Assembly: GCA_017510225.1 (NCBI GenBank)
Contig: JAFWNS010000006.1
Span: 2,260-66,259, forward strand
Origin: Bacilli bacterium
GTDB lineage: Bacteria > Bacillota_I > Bacilli_A > RF39 > UBA660
Direction: 5' to 3'
Length of the DNA stretch: 64,000 nucleotides
Shown: piece after piece, positions 36,349-46,089 of the stretch
How positions within the stretch are numbered: position 1 is the stretch's first letter
Layout: each line of letters starts with the position of its first letter
The notes under the pieces: generated by a model
What the model saw: only the letters and a program-made list of their open reading frames with translations
Told to the model about the DNA's origin: nothing
Databases searched by the model: none
Translations under genes and position numbers: made by a program

Positions 36349-37764
36349 ATGCATTTACCAGATTACAAAGAAGCTAGAACTAGAGATAAAAGAGATTATA
36401 AGAAAATTAGTTTTGAATTTGATAAAAATATAAAGAATAAATATAAGGGAAAAACTTTTTTTATAAAGACTTATGGTTGTCAAATGAATGAACATGATAG
36501 TGAAAATATTTCTGCTTTACTTACTAGTTTAGGTTTTGAAGAAGTAGATGATTATAATAAAGCAGATTTAGTATTATTAAATACTTGTAGTATTAGAGAG
36601 AATGCTCATAATAAAGCCTTTGGTATGTTAGGAAGACTTAAACATTTAAAAGGGGAAAAGAAGGATTTAATAGTTGGTTTATGTGGATGTATGGCTCAAG
36701 AGAAAAGCGTAGTAGATGAAATATTAAAAGATTATAAATGGGTTAATTTTGTTATTGGTACTCATAATATGTCTGAACTTCCAAAGATAATAGATAAAGC
36801 TATAGAAGATAATTCTTTACAAGTAGAAGTATATTCTAGAGAAGGAGATTTAATAGAAGGTCTTCCAGTTAAAAGAGTTAATAATTTTAAAGCTTATGTT
36901 AATATTATTTATGGATGTGATAAATTCTGTACTTACTGTGTAGTTCCTTATACTAGAGGAAGAGAGCGAAGTAGAGAAAAAGAAGATATATTGAAAGAAA
37001 TTAAATCTTTAATAGATTCTGGTTATAAAGAAGTAACGTTACTTGGACAAAATGTTAATGCTTATGGAAAAGATTTATATGATGATTATACTTTAGCTAA
37101 TCTTTTAGAAGATGTTGCGTTAATGGGTATTCCTCGTATTAGATTTACTACTTCTCATCCATGGGATTTTACTGATAAAATGATAGAAGTAATTGGTAAA
37201 TATGATAATATTATGCCTAGTATTCATTTGCCTGTACAAAGTGGATCTAATAGAGTATTAAAACTTATGGGTAGAAGATATACTAAAGAAAGTTATTTAG
37301 AATTATTTAATAAAATAAAAGATACTGTAAAGGGAGTTACTATATCTACAGATATAATAGTAGGTTTTCCTAAAGAGACAGAAGAAGATTTTAAAGAGAC
37401 ATTAGATTTAGTTAATACCTGTAAGTATGATAATGCTTTCTCATTTATATTTTCTCCAAGAGAGGGAACACCAGCATCTAAAATAAAAGATGATGTACCA
37501 TTAAAAGAAAAAGAAGAAAGATTACAAAGATTAAATACAGTACTAAATAAATATTTCTTAGAAAATAATAAAAAATTAGAAGGTAAAACTCTTCCAGTAT
37601 TAGTAGAAGGTATTTCTGATAAAAAGAATATGTATTATGGATATAGTGATACTAATAAGTTAATTAATTTTACTAGTAATAAATCTATTAATATTGGTGA
37701 TATAGTAAATGTTAAAGTTTTAAAGGCTAAGACATGGAGTTTAGATGGTGAATATAATGAATAA
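36349..37764 (+). CDS. miaB: tRNA-i6A37 methylthiotransferase MiaB (radical SAM)
   Basis: N-terminal MTTase Cys triad (C...C...C). Radical-SAM motif CDKFCTYC. C-terminal TRAM domain. Confidence 0.9.
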   Translation: MHLPDYKEARTRDKRDYKKISFEFDKNIKNKYKGKTFFIKTYGCQMNEHDSENISALLTSLGFEEVDDYNKADLVLLNTCSIRENAHNKAFGMLGRLKHLKGEKKDLIVGLCGCMAQEKSVVDEILKDYKWVNFVIGTHNMSELPKIIDKAIEDNSLQVEVYSREGDLIEGLPVKRVNNFKAYVNIIYGCDKFCTYCVVPYTRGRERSREKEDILKEIKSLIDSGYKEVTLLGQNVNAYGKDLYDDYTLANLLEDVALMGIPRIRFTTSHPWDFTDKMIEVIGKYDNIMPSIHLPVQSGSNRVLKLMGRRYTKESYLELFNKIKDTVKGVTISTDIIVGFPKETEEDFKETLDLVNTCKYDNAFSFIFSPREGTPASKIKDDVPLKEKEERLQRLNTVLNKYFLENNKKLEGKTLPVLVEGISDKKNMYYGYSDTNKLINFTSNKSINIGDIVNVKVLKAKTWSLDGEYNE

Positions 37765-38080
37765 AGAATTAGATGAGTTAGTTTCTTATATTAAAAATAC
37801 TTCTAGTTATAAAAATTGTATTTCTATTAAGAAAAAGATGGATAAGAATGAAGAAATATGTAGTTTAATAGAGGAGATTAAATCTTTACAAAAGAAATAT
37901 GTTAAGAGTAATTATGATGATTCTATAAAAGAAAAGTTAGATAAGTTAGAATCTAAACTTAATAGTATTCCTATATATGTAGAATATAATAATAACTTAG
38001 AAGAAGTTAATAAGATGATAGATTTAGTTAAAGATGAATTAAATGATTATTTTACTGATTTATTTATGATTAGTAAATAA
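37757..38080 (+). CDS. ymcA: YmcA/YlbF (RicA-like, UPF0342) family protein
   Basis: Small helical protein immediately 3' of miaB and 5' of cotE, as in B. subtilis ymcB-ymcA-cotE. Start overlaps the miaB stop (ATGAATAA). Confidence 0.5.
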   Translation: MNKELDELVSYIKNTSSYKNCISIKKKMDKNEEICSLIEEIKSLQKKYVKSNYDDSIKEKLDKLESKLNSIPIYVEYNNNLEEVNKMIDLVKDELNDYFTDLFMISK

Positions 38081-38126
38081 TCATTTTTTTTATGTAGTTG
38101 CATATATTACTTTAGGAGGTAGGCTT

Positions 38127-38657
38127 ATGGCTAATTATAGAGAAATTGTTACTAAGGCAGTAATTGCTAAAGGTAAAAAGACTTTTATTTCTAATAATAG
38201 TGTGTCTGTAGATAATAATCCTTCTACTATACTTGGTTGTTGGGTAATTAATCATAATTTTAATGGAGTAAAGAATAATAATAAAATAAATATTAATGGT
38301 AGTTATGATATTAATATTTGGTACTCTTATGATAATGATACTAAGACTGGGGTAGTTAAGCATACTGATAATTATAATGAAGTAGTTAATATGAGACAAC
38401 CAGAGGAGTCTTTATCTAATGAAGAAATTATTGTTAGGAGTTTAAAACAACCTAGTTGTGTAGATGTTTCTATTGATGGAAATAAAATAAATTATAAAAT
38501 AGAAAAAGAATTAGGTATAGAGTTGGTTGGAGATACTAAAGTTAAAATAGAAGCTAATATGGAAGAAGATCCTTGGGTAGAGATAGAATCTAATGATGAA
38601 GATGTTATAGATAAGATAGATGATGTAAAAGAAGACTTTATTGATGAAGTAGATTAG
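38127..38657 (+). CDS. cotE: outer spore coat morphogenetic protein CotE
   Basis: M-x-YREI[IV]TKAV[IV]AKG[RK]K, ILG[GC]W[IV]INH and YDIN[IV]WYSY motifs align with B. subtilis CotE. Acidic C-terminal tail. Confidence 0.85.
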   Translation: MANYREIVTKAVIAKGKKTFISNNSVSVDNNPSTILGCWVINHNFNGVKNNNKININGSYDINIWYSYDNDTKTGVVKHTDNYNEVVNMRQPEESLSNEEIIVRSLKQPSCVDVSIDGNKINYKIEKELGIELVGDTKVKIEANMEEDPWVEIESNDEDVIDKIDDVKEDFIDEVD

Positions 38658-38673
38658 TGTTATAAAAAAAAGG

Positions 38674-38702
38674 TTGACACACAGTAATATATCTAGTATA
38701 AT
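38674..38702 (+). promoter_or_regulatory. consensus sigma-A promoter for rpsP
   Basis: TTGACA (38674-79), 17 nt, then TATAAT (38697-702). A perfect consensus match. Confidence 0.6.
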
Positions 38703-38734
38703 ACATGTAGTTATTTGGAAATGGAGGAAGAAAA

Positions 38735-39007
38735 ATGGCAGTAAAATTAAGATTAACAAGAATGGGTGCTAAAAAGAAACCTACTTATAGAATAGTTGCT
38801 ACTGATTCTCGTAGACCTAGAGATGGACAATATATAGAATTAGTTGGTACTTATTCACCACTTAAGGAAGAAGTTAAGATTAACGAAGAAGTAGCTTTAA
38901 AATGGCTTAATGAAGGAGCTATTCCTACTGATACAGTTAAGAATATCTTAAGTAAAGAAGGAATTATAAAAAAATTTGTAGAATCTAAAAATAAGAAGGA
39001 TAAGTAA
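38735..39007 (+). CDS. rpsP: 30S ribosomal protein S16
   Basis: [31 protein letters not shown] is canonical S16 sequence. Confidence 0.95.
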   Translation: MAVKLRLTRMGAKKKPTYRIVATDSRRPRDGQYIELVGTYSPLKEEVKINEEVALKWLNEGAIPTDTVKNILSKEGIIKKFVESKNKKDK

Positions 39008-39009
39008 TT

Positions 39010-39258
39010 ATGGATTTAGTTAGTTTAACAGAAGATATCATTAAATCTTTAGTAGAAGATGTAGACTCTGTTAGTGTTAAAGAGTTTCCTACTGAGGAAG
39101 AAAACGTTATTTTAATACAAGTAATGGTAGCAGATGCAGATATGGGTCGTGTTATTGGTAAAGGCGGACGTATTGCTAATGCTGTTAGAACTTTAGTACA
39201 AGCTAGTAGTGCTTTAAAAGATAACAAATATGTAAAAATTGATATTGATAAATTTTAA
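39010..39258 (+). CDS. KH-domain RNA-binding protein (YlqC/UPF0109)
   Basis: VIGKGGRIANAVRTL KH motif (GxxG). The usual partner of rpsP. Confidence 0.85.
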   Translation: MDLVSLTEDIIKSLVEDVDSVSVKEFPTEEENVILIQVMVADADMGRVIGKGGRIANAVRTLVQASSALKDNKYVKIDIDKF

Positions 39259-39282
39259 GGAAGTTTTTGTCTTCCTTTTTTG
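39256..39282 (+). terminator. rho-independent terminator
   Basis: aggaag / cttcct hairpin followed by T6. Confidence 0.55.
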
Positions 39283-39322
39283 TTTGTAATGTTATATAAT
39301 TAGTATAGAGTGGAGGTATTAT

Positions 39323-40123
39323 ATGAAGAAACGTATTATAAGTGCAATAATAATGGTAGCAGTATTTGTACCACTATTATTAATAGGAGGTATAACATTT
39401 GCTATATTTATGACAATATTAGCATTATTTGGATTATATGAAATTATGAGTATTAGAGAAACTAAAAAACCATTTCCGTTTGCTATGAAATTAATAGCTT
39501 ATTTAATGGTAATATTCTTTTCAATGACTAATTTTAAATCAATAGAATTTTTATATAATGTTGATTATAGAGTTATGACTTTTATAATATTTGTTTTCTT
39601 AGTACCAATGGTATATATAAATGATACTAAGAAATATAATATTAATGATGCATTATTTTTAATAGGATCTATATTATTTATAGGTATGAGTTTTAATTTA
39701 TTAATTATTACACGTAATTATGATATTACTTATATAATTTATTTATTCTTAATAACAACTATTACTGATACATTTGCTTTCTTTACTGGTAAGTTTATTG
39801 GTAAACATAAATTATGTCCTGATATTTCACCTAAGAAGACAGTAGAAGGTGTAATTGGTGGAACGCTTATGGGAACTTTTGCAGCTACAGCTTTCTATGT
39901 AACAGTTATTAATAATTGTAATTCATTAATTTTAGTAATAGTTATAACTACATTACTTTCATTAGTAGGACAAATTGGAGATTTAGTGTTCTCTATAATT
40001 AAAAGATATTATGGTAGAAAAGATTTTTCTAATTTAATTCCAGGACACGGAGGAATATTAGATAGATTTGATAGTATAATATTTGTAGCATTAACATTTA
40101 TTCTATTTTTAGGAATCATCTAA
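39323..40123 (+). CDS. cdsA: phosphatidate cytidylyltransferase
   Basis: Polytopic membrane protein. C-terminal SxxKRxxxVKDxGxxIPGHGGxxDRxDS signature (SPKKTVEGVIGG...PGHGGILDRFDS). Confidence 0.85.
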   Translation: MKKRIISAIIMVAVFVPLLLIGGITFAIFMTILALFGLYEIMSIRETKKPFPFAMKLIAYLMVIFFSMTNFKSIEFLYNVDYRVMTFIIFVFLVPMVYINDTKKYNINDALFLIGSILFIGMSFNLLIITRNYDITYIIYLFLITTITDTFAFFTGKFIGKHKLCPDISPKKTVEGVIGGTLMGTFAATAFYVTVINNCNSLILVIVITTLLSLVGQIGDLVFSIIKRYYGRKDFSNLIPGHGGILDRFDSIIFVALTFILFLGII

Positions 40124-40135
40124 GGAGGAGATATA

Positions 40136-41188
40136 GTGTCTATAATTATTAACATTTTACTTTTTATTATAATATTAGGGTCAATTGTATTAGTACATGA
40201 ATTTGGTCATTTTATATTTGCTAAATTCTGTGGAGTATATGTATATGAGTTTGCTTTAGGTATGGGTCCTAAATTATTTAGTAAAAAAGGTAAAGAAACA
40301 GAATATACTATTAGGGCAATTCCTATTGGTGGATTTTGTCAGATGGCCGGAGAAGATTTAGATAGTGATAAAGAGAAGAAAATACCTAAAGAAAGACAAT
40401 TACAATCTAAAAGTGCTTTTCAAAGATTTTTAATAATGTTTTTTGGACCAGCGAATAACTTTATATTTGCCATATTAATTTTATTCTTTATAGCATTAAT
40501 TTGGGGTGGAACTAGTATGGATCCTAAAGTAGCTGGAGTTGATAAAGGATATCCTGCTATTGAAGCAGGTATAGAAAAGGGAGATACTATTGTTAAGATT
40601 GATAATCATAAGATTAGTACTAATGATGATTTAACTTTATATCTAGCAGTAGCTAATCCTAATACTAAGACAAAGATTCAGGTTAAAAAAGATAATGGTG
40701 ATATTAAAACTTATAAAATAAAACCTAAGAAAGTAAAAGTATCTAAAGATTATACTTATAAATACGGTCTTACTATAGAACAAAAAAGAACTCATGGATT
40801 TATTAATTCAATTAAATATACTTTTAGAAAAACAGGTTCTATATTTAAACAAATGGCTGTAACAGTAGGATATTTATTTACTGGTGGTATTAAAATTACT
40901 CAGTTAAGTGGCCCTGTTGGTATATATAACGTAGTAGGTGCTTCTTCTAAAACTGGTATTGCTAATATATTATACTTAGTAGCTTTCTTAAGTATAAATG
41001 TTGGATTTATTAACTTAATACCTTTACCAGCTTTTGATGGTGGACATATTCTATTTATTATAATAGAAAAAATAAAAGGATCTCCGGTTAAACCAGAGAC
41101 AGAGAATATGATTCATACTATTGGGTTATTCTTGCTTATGTTATTAATGGTATATATTACATTTAATGATATATTAAAATTGTTTTAA
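40136..41188 (+). CDS. rseP: RIP site-2 metalloprotease RseP/RasP with a PDZ domain
   Basis: HEFGHF zinc motif in TM1. PDZ-like central domain. C-terminal LxxLPxxxLDGG (LIPLPAFDGG). GTG start with an AGGAGG RBS. Confidence 0.88.
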   Translation: MSIIINILLFIIILGSIVLVHEFGHFIFAKFCGVYVYEFALGMGPKLFSKKGKETEYTIRAIPIGGFCQMAGEDLDSDKEKKIPKERQLQSKSAFQRFLIMFFGPANNFIFAILILFFIALIWGGTSMDPKVAGVDKGYPAIEAGIEKGDTIVKIDNHKISTNDDLTLYLAVANPNTKTKIQVKKDNGDIKTYKIKPKKVKVSKDYTYKYGLTIEQKRTHGFINSIKYTFRKTGSIFKQMAVTVGYLFTGGIKITQLSGPVGIYNVVGASSKTGIANILYLVAFLSINVGFINLIPLPAFDGGHILFIIIEKIKGSPVKPETENMIHTIGLFLLMLLMVYITFNDILKLF

Positions 41189-41212
41189 AAGAGTAATTTT
41201 ACTCTTTTTATT
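41188..41212 (+). terminator. rho-independent terminator
   Basis: aagagta / tactctt hairpin followed by T5. Confidence 0.5.
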
Positions 41213-41266
41213 TTTTATAAATTGTTGTATAATTGTTTTGTATGATAGAAAGGGTGTAGTGATACT

Positions 41267-41503
41267 ATGTTTACCATATTAGTTGTAGTTATTATTATAT
41301 TAGTTATTGCTTTTGTAATAGGTGTTATTATAAGTGGTAAAGATTATGATAAAAAAGAATTTACTGATCACCCTAAAGTATTATTTGATGAAGAAAATAA
41401 TAAAAAAGAAATACCTAATTTAAACTTATCTAATGATGATACTATTAAAAGAGAAGATAATAAAGAAGAGAAAGATACGTTATTTGATGATGAATTGATA
41501 TAG
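41267..41503 (+). CDS. small membrane-anchored hypothetical protein
   Basis: N-terminal TM helix and an acidic tail. Confidence 0.4.
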   Translation: MFTILVVVIIILVIAFVIGVIISGKDYDKKEFTDHPKVLFDEENNKKEIPNLNLSNDDTIKREDNKEEKDTLFDDELI

Positions 41504-41564
41504 ACTAGTGGACTTTAAGTTCACTTTTATTTTTGGTATAATAATTTTATAAGGAGGTGATACT

Positions 41565-43733
41565 TTGATAGTAGGAGTTTTAGTACAATTATCTAATAAA
41601 AATATTGATAAAATATTTGATTATAAAGTAAAAGATGAATTGTTAGATAAAATTAAAATTGGTATCAGAGTAGAAGTTCCTTTTGGACATCAGACTTTAG
41701 AGGGGTTTGTTTTAGAAATAAAAAAAGAAAGTTCTACTGATTTAGAACTTAAAGAAATTATTTCTATTATAGATGATGATGTTATATTAAATGATGAATT
41801 ATTGGAATTAGGAAAAAAAATACAAGAAAAAACATTATCTACTTTAATATCTTGTTATCAAGTAATGCTACCTAAAGCTTTAAAAGCTAAGAAGGGTACA
41901 AATATAAATAAAAAGTATGATACTTATTATAAATTAGGAGATAGTTCTAATTATAAATTAAATAAAACGCAAGAAGCCATTATTAGTTTATTTAAAGATA
42001 AAGACTTAGTTAAAAGAGAAGATATATTAAAGATATCTATTAGTAGTTTAAATACTTTAATTAAGAAGAATGTTTTAATACCTGTAAAATTAGAAAAGTA
42101 TAGGATGAGTTATAAAGAAAAATCTAATAATAAACATAAATTAACTAATGATCAAAAGAGTGTAGTAGAAGAGTTTAATAAATATAAAGGTTATAATACT
42201 TTCTTATTACACGGAGTAACAGGTAGTGGTAAAACAGAAGTATATATGGAATTAATAGAAGATGCTTTGAATAATAATAAGACTAGTATTGTGTTAGTTC
42301 CAGAAATTAGTTTAACTCCACAAATGGTGGAAAGATTTCAAAATAGATTTGGTAAAAGAATCGCGGCGCTTCATTCTGCTTTATCTGAGGGAGAAAAGTA
42401 TGATGAATGGAGAAGAATCTATAAAGGAGAAGCTAAGATAGTTATAGGAGCTAGAAGTGCTATATTTGCTCCTTTAAAAAATATAGGTGTAATTATAGTA
42501 GATGAAGAACATAGTGATTCTTATAAACAAGATGATTCTAATCCTAGATATAGTGCTAAAGATGTAGCGAATATTAGAGGAGAATATAATAATTGTCCTG
42601 TAGTATTTGGAAGTGCTACTCCTACATTAGAGTCTTTTGCTAGGGCAAAAAAAGGAGTATATAAATTACTTAGTTTACCTAATAGAATTAATGGTAAGAA
42701 TTTACCTTTAGTTAGAATAATAGATATGAGTGAAGAAATAAAATATAGTAAGGGACATTTTTCTAGGAATTTACTTACTTCTATGAAAGATAAATTGGAT
42801 AAAAATGAACAAATAATTTTACTTTTAAATAGAAGGGGTTATTCTTCGTTTGTTAGTTGTAAAAATTGTGGTTATACATTTAAATGTCCTAATTGCGATA
42901 TTAGTTTAACTTATCATAAGAGTAGTAATACTCTTAGATGTCATTATTGTGGGTATGGAAATAAAGTATATAAGACTTGTCCAGAATGTAAGGAAAATTC
43001 TATTGCTGACTTGGGTGTTGGTACACAGAAGATAGAAGAAGAATTACATAATATATTTCCAGATAATAAAATACTTAGAATGGACATGGATACAACTAGT
43101 AGAAAAGGTATGCATGAAAAGATGATTACTGCTTTTAAAAATCATGAATATGATATTTTACTTGGAACACAAATAGTTGCGAAAGGATTAGATTTTGATA
43201 ATGTTACTTTAGTTGGTGTAATAAATGCTGATACATCATTAAATATTCCTGATTTTAGAAGTAGTGAAAATACATTCTCTCTACTTTCACAAGTTGCAGG
43301 AAGAAGTGGTAGAGATAAGAAAAGTGGAGAAGTAATTATTCAGACATATAATCCTACTCATTACGCAATAGAATATACTAAAAATCATGATTATTTAGGC
43401 TTTTATAATAAAGAGATGCAGATAAGAAAAATGCTTAAATATCCACCATTTTATTATATTTGTTATATAAAAATAAGTGGTAAGGATCCTCAGTATATAT
43501 TTAATGAAGCTAATAAGATAAAGAAATCTCTTGATAGGAATTTAAATAGTACTATTATTCTAGGTCCATCTACTGCAAATATATTTAAAATGAATAATAT
43601 ATATCGTTATGGAATAATACTAAAATATAAAAAAGATGATAATCTATATAATATATTAGAAAAAGTATTAGATTACTATAAAAGTAATAGTAAAGTACGT
43701 ATAGATATAGACTTTAATCCTAGTCATTTTTAA
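41565..43733 (+). CDS. priA: primosomal protein N' (replication restart helicase PriA)
   Basis: Walker A GVTGSGKTEVY. DEEH box (IIVDEEH). Two C-x-x-C zinc-binding pairs in CKNCGY...CPNCD...CHYCGY...CPECK. TTG start after an AGGAGGTGA RBS. Confidence 0.9.
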   Translation: MIVGVLVQLSNKNIDKIFDYKVKDELLDKIKIGIRVEVPFGHQTLEGFVLEIKKESSTDLELKEIISIIDDDVILNDELLELGKKIQEKTLSTLISCYQVMLPKALKAKKGTNINKKYDTYYKLGDSSNYKLNKTQEAIISLFKDKDLVKREDILKISISSLNTLIKKNVLIPVKLEKYRMSYKEKSNNKHKLTNDQKSVVEEFNKYKGYNTFLLHGVTGSGKTEVYMELIEDALNNNKTSIVLVPEISLTPQMVERFQNRFGKRIAALHSALSEGEKYDEWRRIYKGEAKIVIGARSAIFAPLKNIGVIIVDEEHSDSYKQDDSNPRYSAKDVANIRGEYNNCPVVFGSATPTLESFARAKKGVYKLLSLPNRINGKNLPLVRIIDMSEEIKYSKGHFSRNLLTSMKDKLDKNEQIILLLNRRGYSSFVSCKNCGYTFKCPNCDISLTYHKSSNTLRCHYCGYGNKVYKTCPECKENSIADLGVGTQKIEEELHNIFPDNKILRMDMDTTSRKGMHEKMITAFKNHEYDILLGTQIVAKGLDFDNVTLVGVINADTSLNIPDFRSSENTFSLLSQVAGRSGRDKKSGEVIIQTYNPTHYAIEYTKNHDYLGFYNKEMQIRKMLKYPPFYYICYIKISGKDPQYIFNEANKIKKSLDRNLNSTIILGPSTANIFKMNNIYRYGIILKYKKDDNLYNILEKVLDYYKSNSKVRIDIDFNPSHF

Positions 43734-43773
43734 GAAAATATGTTATTCTAGTAGTGAAAAGTAGAGGTGTCAT

Positions 43774-43977
43774 ATGAATAATAATATTGATGAAGAAAAA
43801 GATGTAAATAAAGAAAATGAAGATAAATATAATGACTTAATAGAGAAGACTAGAAGAAAAAATGATGGTTATTGGGATATAAATAATCCTTTTATTAAAA
43901 TAGTTTTATTAATATTATTTGTAATTGGAGTAGTTGGCGCAATTTACTATATAGCACTTTGGTTACAAACAAAATAG
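43774..43977 (+). CDS. small tail-anchored membrane protein
   Basis: Good RBS. Acidic N-terminus and a C-terminal TM helix. Confidence 0.4.
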   Translation: MNNNIDEEKDVNKENEDKYNDLIEKTRRKNDGYWDINNPFIKIVLLILFVIGVVGAIYYIALWLQTK

Positions 43978-44008
43978 ATAGTTATTTCTAAACAAGGAGG
44001 TGATTTAA

Positions 44009-45148
44009 TTGTTAGATGATATTTTAAGTAATGAAAATGTATCTAAATTAATAAAAGAAGTAGTTAATAATAATAGATATAATAAAAAAGAAGATGCAAA
44101 TTATTTAGAATTCATAGATAATGAACAAGCGTTATTTATATTAATAGATGCTTTATATAAGTATCGAATGATTATAAATGATAAGTATTTGTTTAATGAT
44201 TTCGTAGTGCAATTAAATCTAGTATTTAGAAAAATAACTAATTTTGATGATATAACTAATGGTATTAATAAATTAATAACTAAGTTTACAATTATAAAAT
44301 TAGGATATAAAGAAAAAGAAGAAGAACATCGAGATGAAATTATAAAATATGTATATGATAAATACATTACTGATGGATATCTATTTCATTCAATAAATGA
44401 TGTGTATATAAAAGATATAATAGAAAATGGATTTATACCACAAAAATATAATAATTTATATGATAAGTTTATTAAACTACAAGGTATGTTAAAAGATGAT
44501 GTTATTAGTAAAGATTTTACTTTAAAGAGTATAAGTTTTACTGATAGTTTTGAGAAAGCATATTTTTATGCGTCACATAGTCCGTTATATTTTTATGGAT
44601 TATTATGTGATAATGATCTTATAAAAAAAGAAGAAGATAAAAAGGCATACTTGTTTAATGATTATGAAGGATGTTTAAAGAATATAAATAAGATTATTAG
44701 TAGATTAGAGCTTAATGATGAAAAAGCTAAATATTTAAGAAATGTATTTAATGAAGAATGGAAACTAATTAATAAGTCAAACTCTGGCCCTACTATTATG
44801 GCTATTAAGAGAAATTTGATTTTGAAGGAAGATATTAATTTAGATAAGATTATTAATGATAAAAATATAAAATTAGTAGATGCTATATCTATGATAATTG
44901 ATAGTAGACATGAGTCCATTAATTATGAAGATAAAATAGATGCTAAAGATATTTTGTTTATAAGATTACCTAGTTATAAATCTTTTGTTATAGAAAGAAA
45001 AATAGTAAAAGAGGAAGTTCCTAAGAAAGAAGTTAAAATAGAGAGTAATAATAATTATGGTAAAGCTTCTATTTTAATGATAGTTGGTTCTATTCTAATA
45101 ACTTTAGGGGTTATTATTACTATTATAATGACTATGATAGGGGGTTAA
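44009..45148 (+). CDS. hypothetical protein (379 aa) with a C-terminal TM anchor, in the position where def usually sits
   Basis: TTG start after AGGAGGTGA. No HExxH motif and no deformylase motifs. Confidence 0.45.
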   Translation: MLDDILSNENVSKLIKEVVNNNRYNKKEDANYLEFIDNEQALFILIDALYKYRMIINDKYLFNDFVVQLNLVFRKITNFDDITNGINKLITKFTIIKLGYKEKEEEHRDEIIKYVYDKYITDGYLFHSINDVYIKDIIENGFIPQKYNNLYDKFIKLQGMLKDDVISKDFTLKSISFTDSFEKAYFYASHSPLYFYGLLCDNDLIKKEEDKKAYLFNDYEGCLKNINKIISRLELNDEKAKYLRNVFNEEWKLINKSNSGPTIMAIKRNLILKEDINLDKIINDKNIKLVDAISMIIDSRHESINYEDKIDAKDILFIRLPSYKSFVIERKIVKEEVPKKEVKIESNNNYGKASILMIVGSILITLGVIITIIMTMIGG

Positions 45149-45150
45149 TT

Positions 45151-46089
45151 ATGAATGATTTAAGAGTAGTATTCATGGGGACTCCTGATTTTTGTATACC
45201 TATATTAGAAGGGTTAATTGATAAGTGTGATGTAGTTGGTGTTGTTAGTCAACCAGATAGAAAAGTAGGTAGAAAACAAATACTTAAACCTACTCCTGTT
45301 AAAGAGGTATCTTTAAATAATAATATCAAAGTATATCAACCATCTAATATTAAAACGGATTATAAATATATCTTAGATTTAAATCCAGATATTATTATAA
45401 CTTGTGCTTATGGACAAATAATACCTAAAGAAGTATTAGATTATCCTAAGTATGGATGTATTAATGTTCATGCATCATTACTTCCTAAGCATAGGGGAGG
45501 AGCTCCTATACATAGAGCAATCATCAATGGAGATAGTAAAACAGGTATTACTATTATGTATATGGATGTTGGTATGGATGATGGAGATATTATAAGTCAA
45601 AAAGAAACAGTAATAGAAGATTCTGATAACTTAGAAACATTACATGATAGACTTAGTTATTTAGGTAAAGATTTATTACTTGATACACTTCCTAGTATAA
45701 TAGATGGAACTAATAAAAGAATAAAGCAAAATGAAGATGAAGTTAGTTATTCTTATAATATAAAAAGAGAAGAAGAGCATATAGATTTTAGTAAAAGTAG
45801 TAGAGATATATTTAATTTAATTAGGGGTTTATCTCCTATACCAGGGGCTTATGTAATACTTGATGGCAAAGAGATTAAAGTATATAATTCTATTATTGGT
45901 AATAATAAATATAGTGATAAAAAAGTTGGAGAAATAGTTAGTATTACTAAAGAAGGTATTAGTGTTTGTACTAATGATGGAGAAATAATTTTTACTGATA
46001 TTAAACCTTTTGGTAAAAAGAGAATGTTAGTAAGTAGTTATATTAATGGTATTAATAAAGAAGAAATAATAGGGAAGGTGTATGAGTAA
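45151..46089 (+). CDS. fmt: methionyl-tRNA formyltransferase
   Basis: Formyltransferase motifs (FMGTPDF, NVHASLLPKHRGGAPI). Confidence 0.9.
   Translation: MNDLRVVFMGTPDFCIPILEGLIDKCDVVGVVSQPDRKVGRKQILKPTPVKEVSLNNNIKVYQPSNIKTDYKYILDLNPDIIITCAYGQIIPKEVLDYPKYGCINVHASLLPKHRGGAPIHRAIINGDSKTGITIMYMDVGMDDGDIISQKETVIEDSDNLETLHDRLSYLGKDLLLDTLPSIIDGTNKRIKQNEDEVSYSYNIKREEEHIDFSKSSRDIFNLIRGLSPIPGAYVILDGKEIKVYNSIIGNNKYSDKKVGEIVSITKEGISVCTNDGEIIFTDIKPFGKKRMLVSSYINGINKEEIIGKVYE

Noticed and set aside
38112-38399. 95-aa minus-strand ORF over cotE
   Set aside because: Antisense to cotE, I-rich low-complexity sequence.
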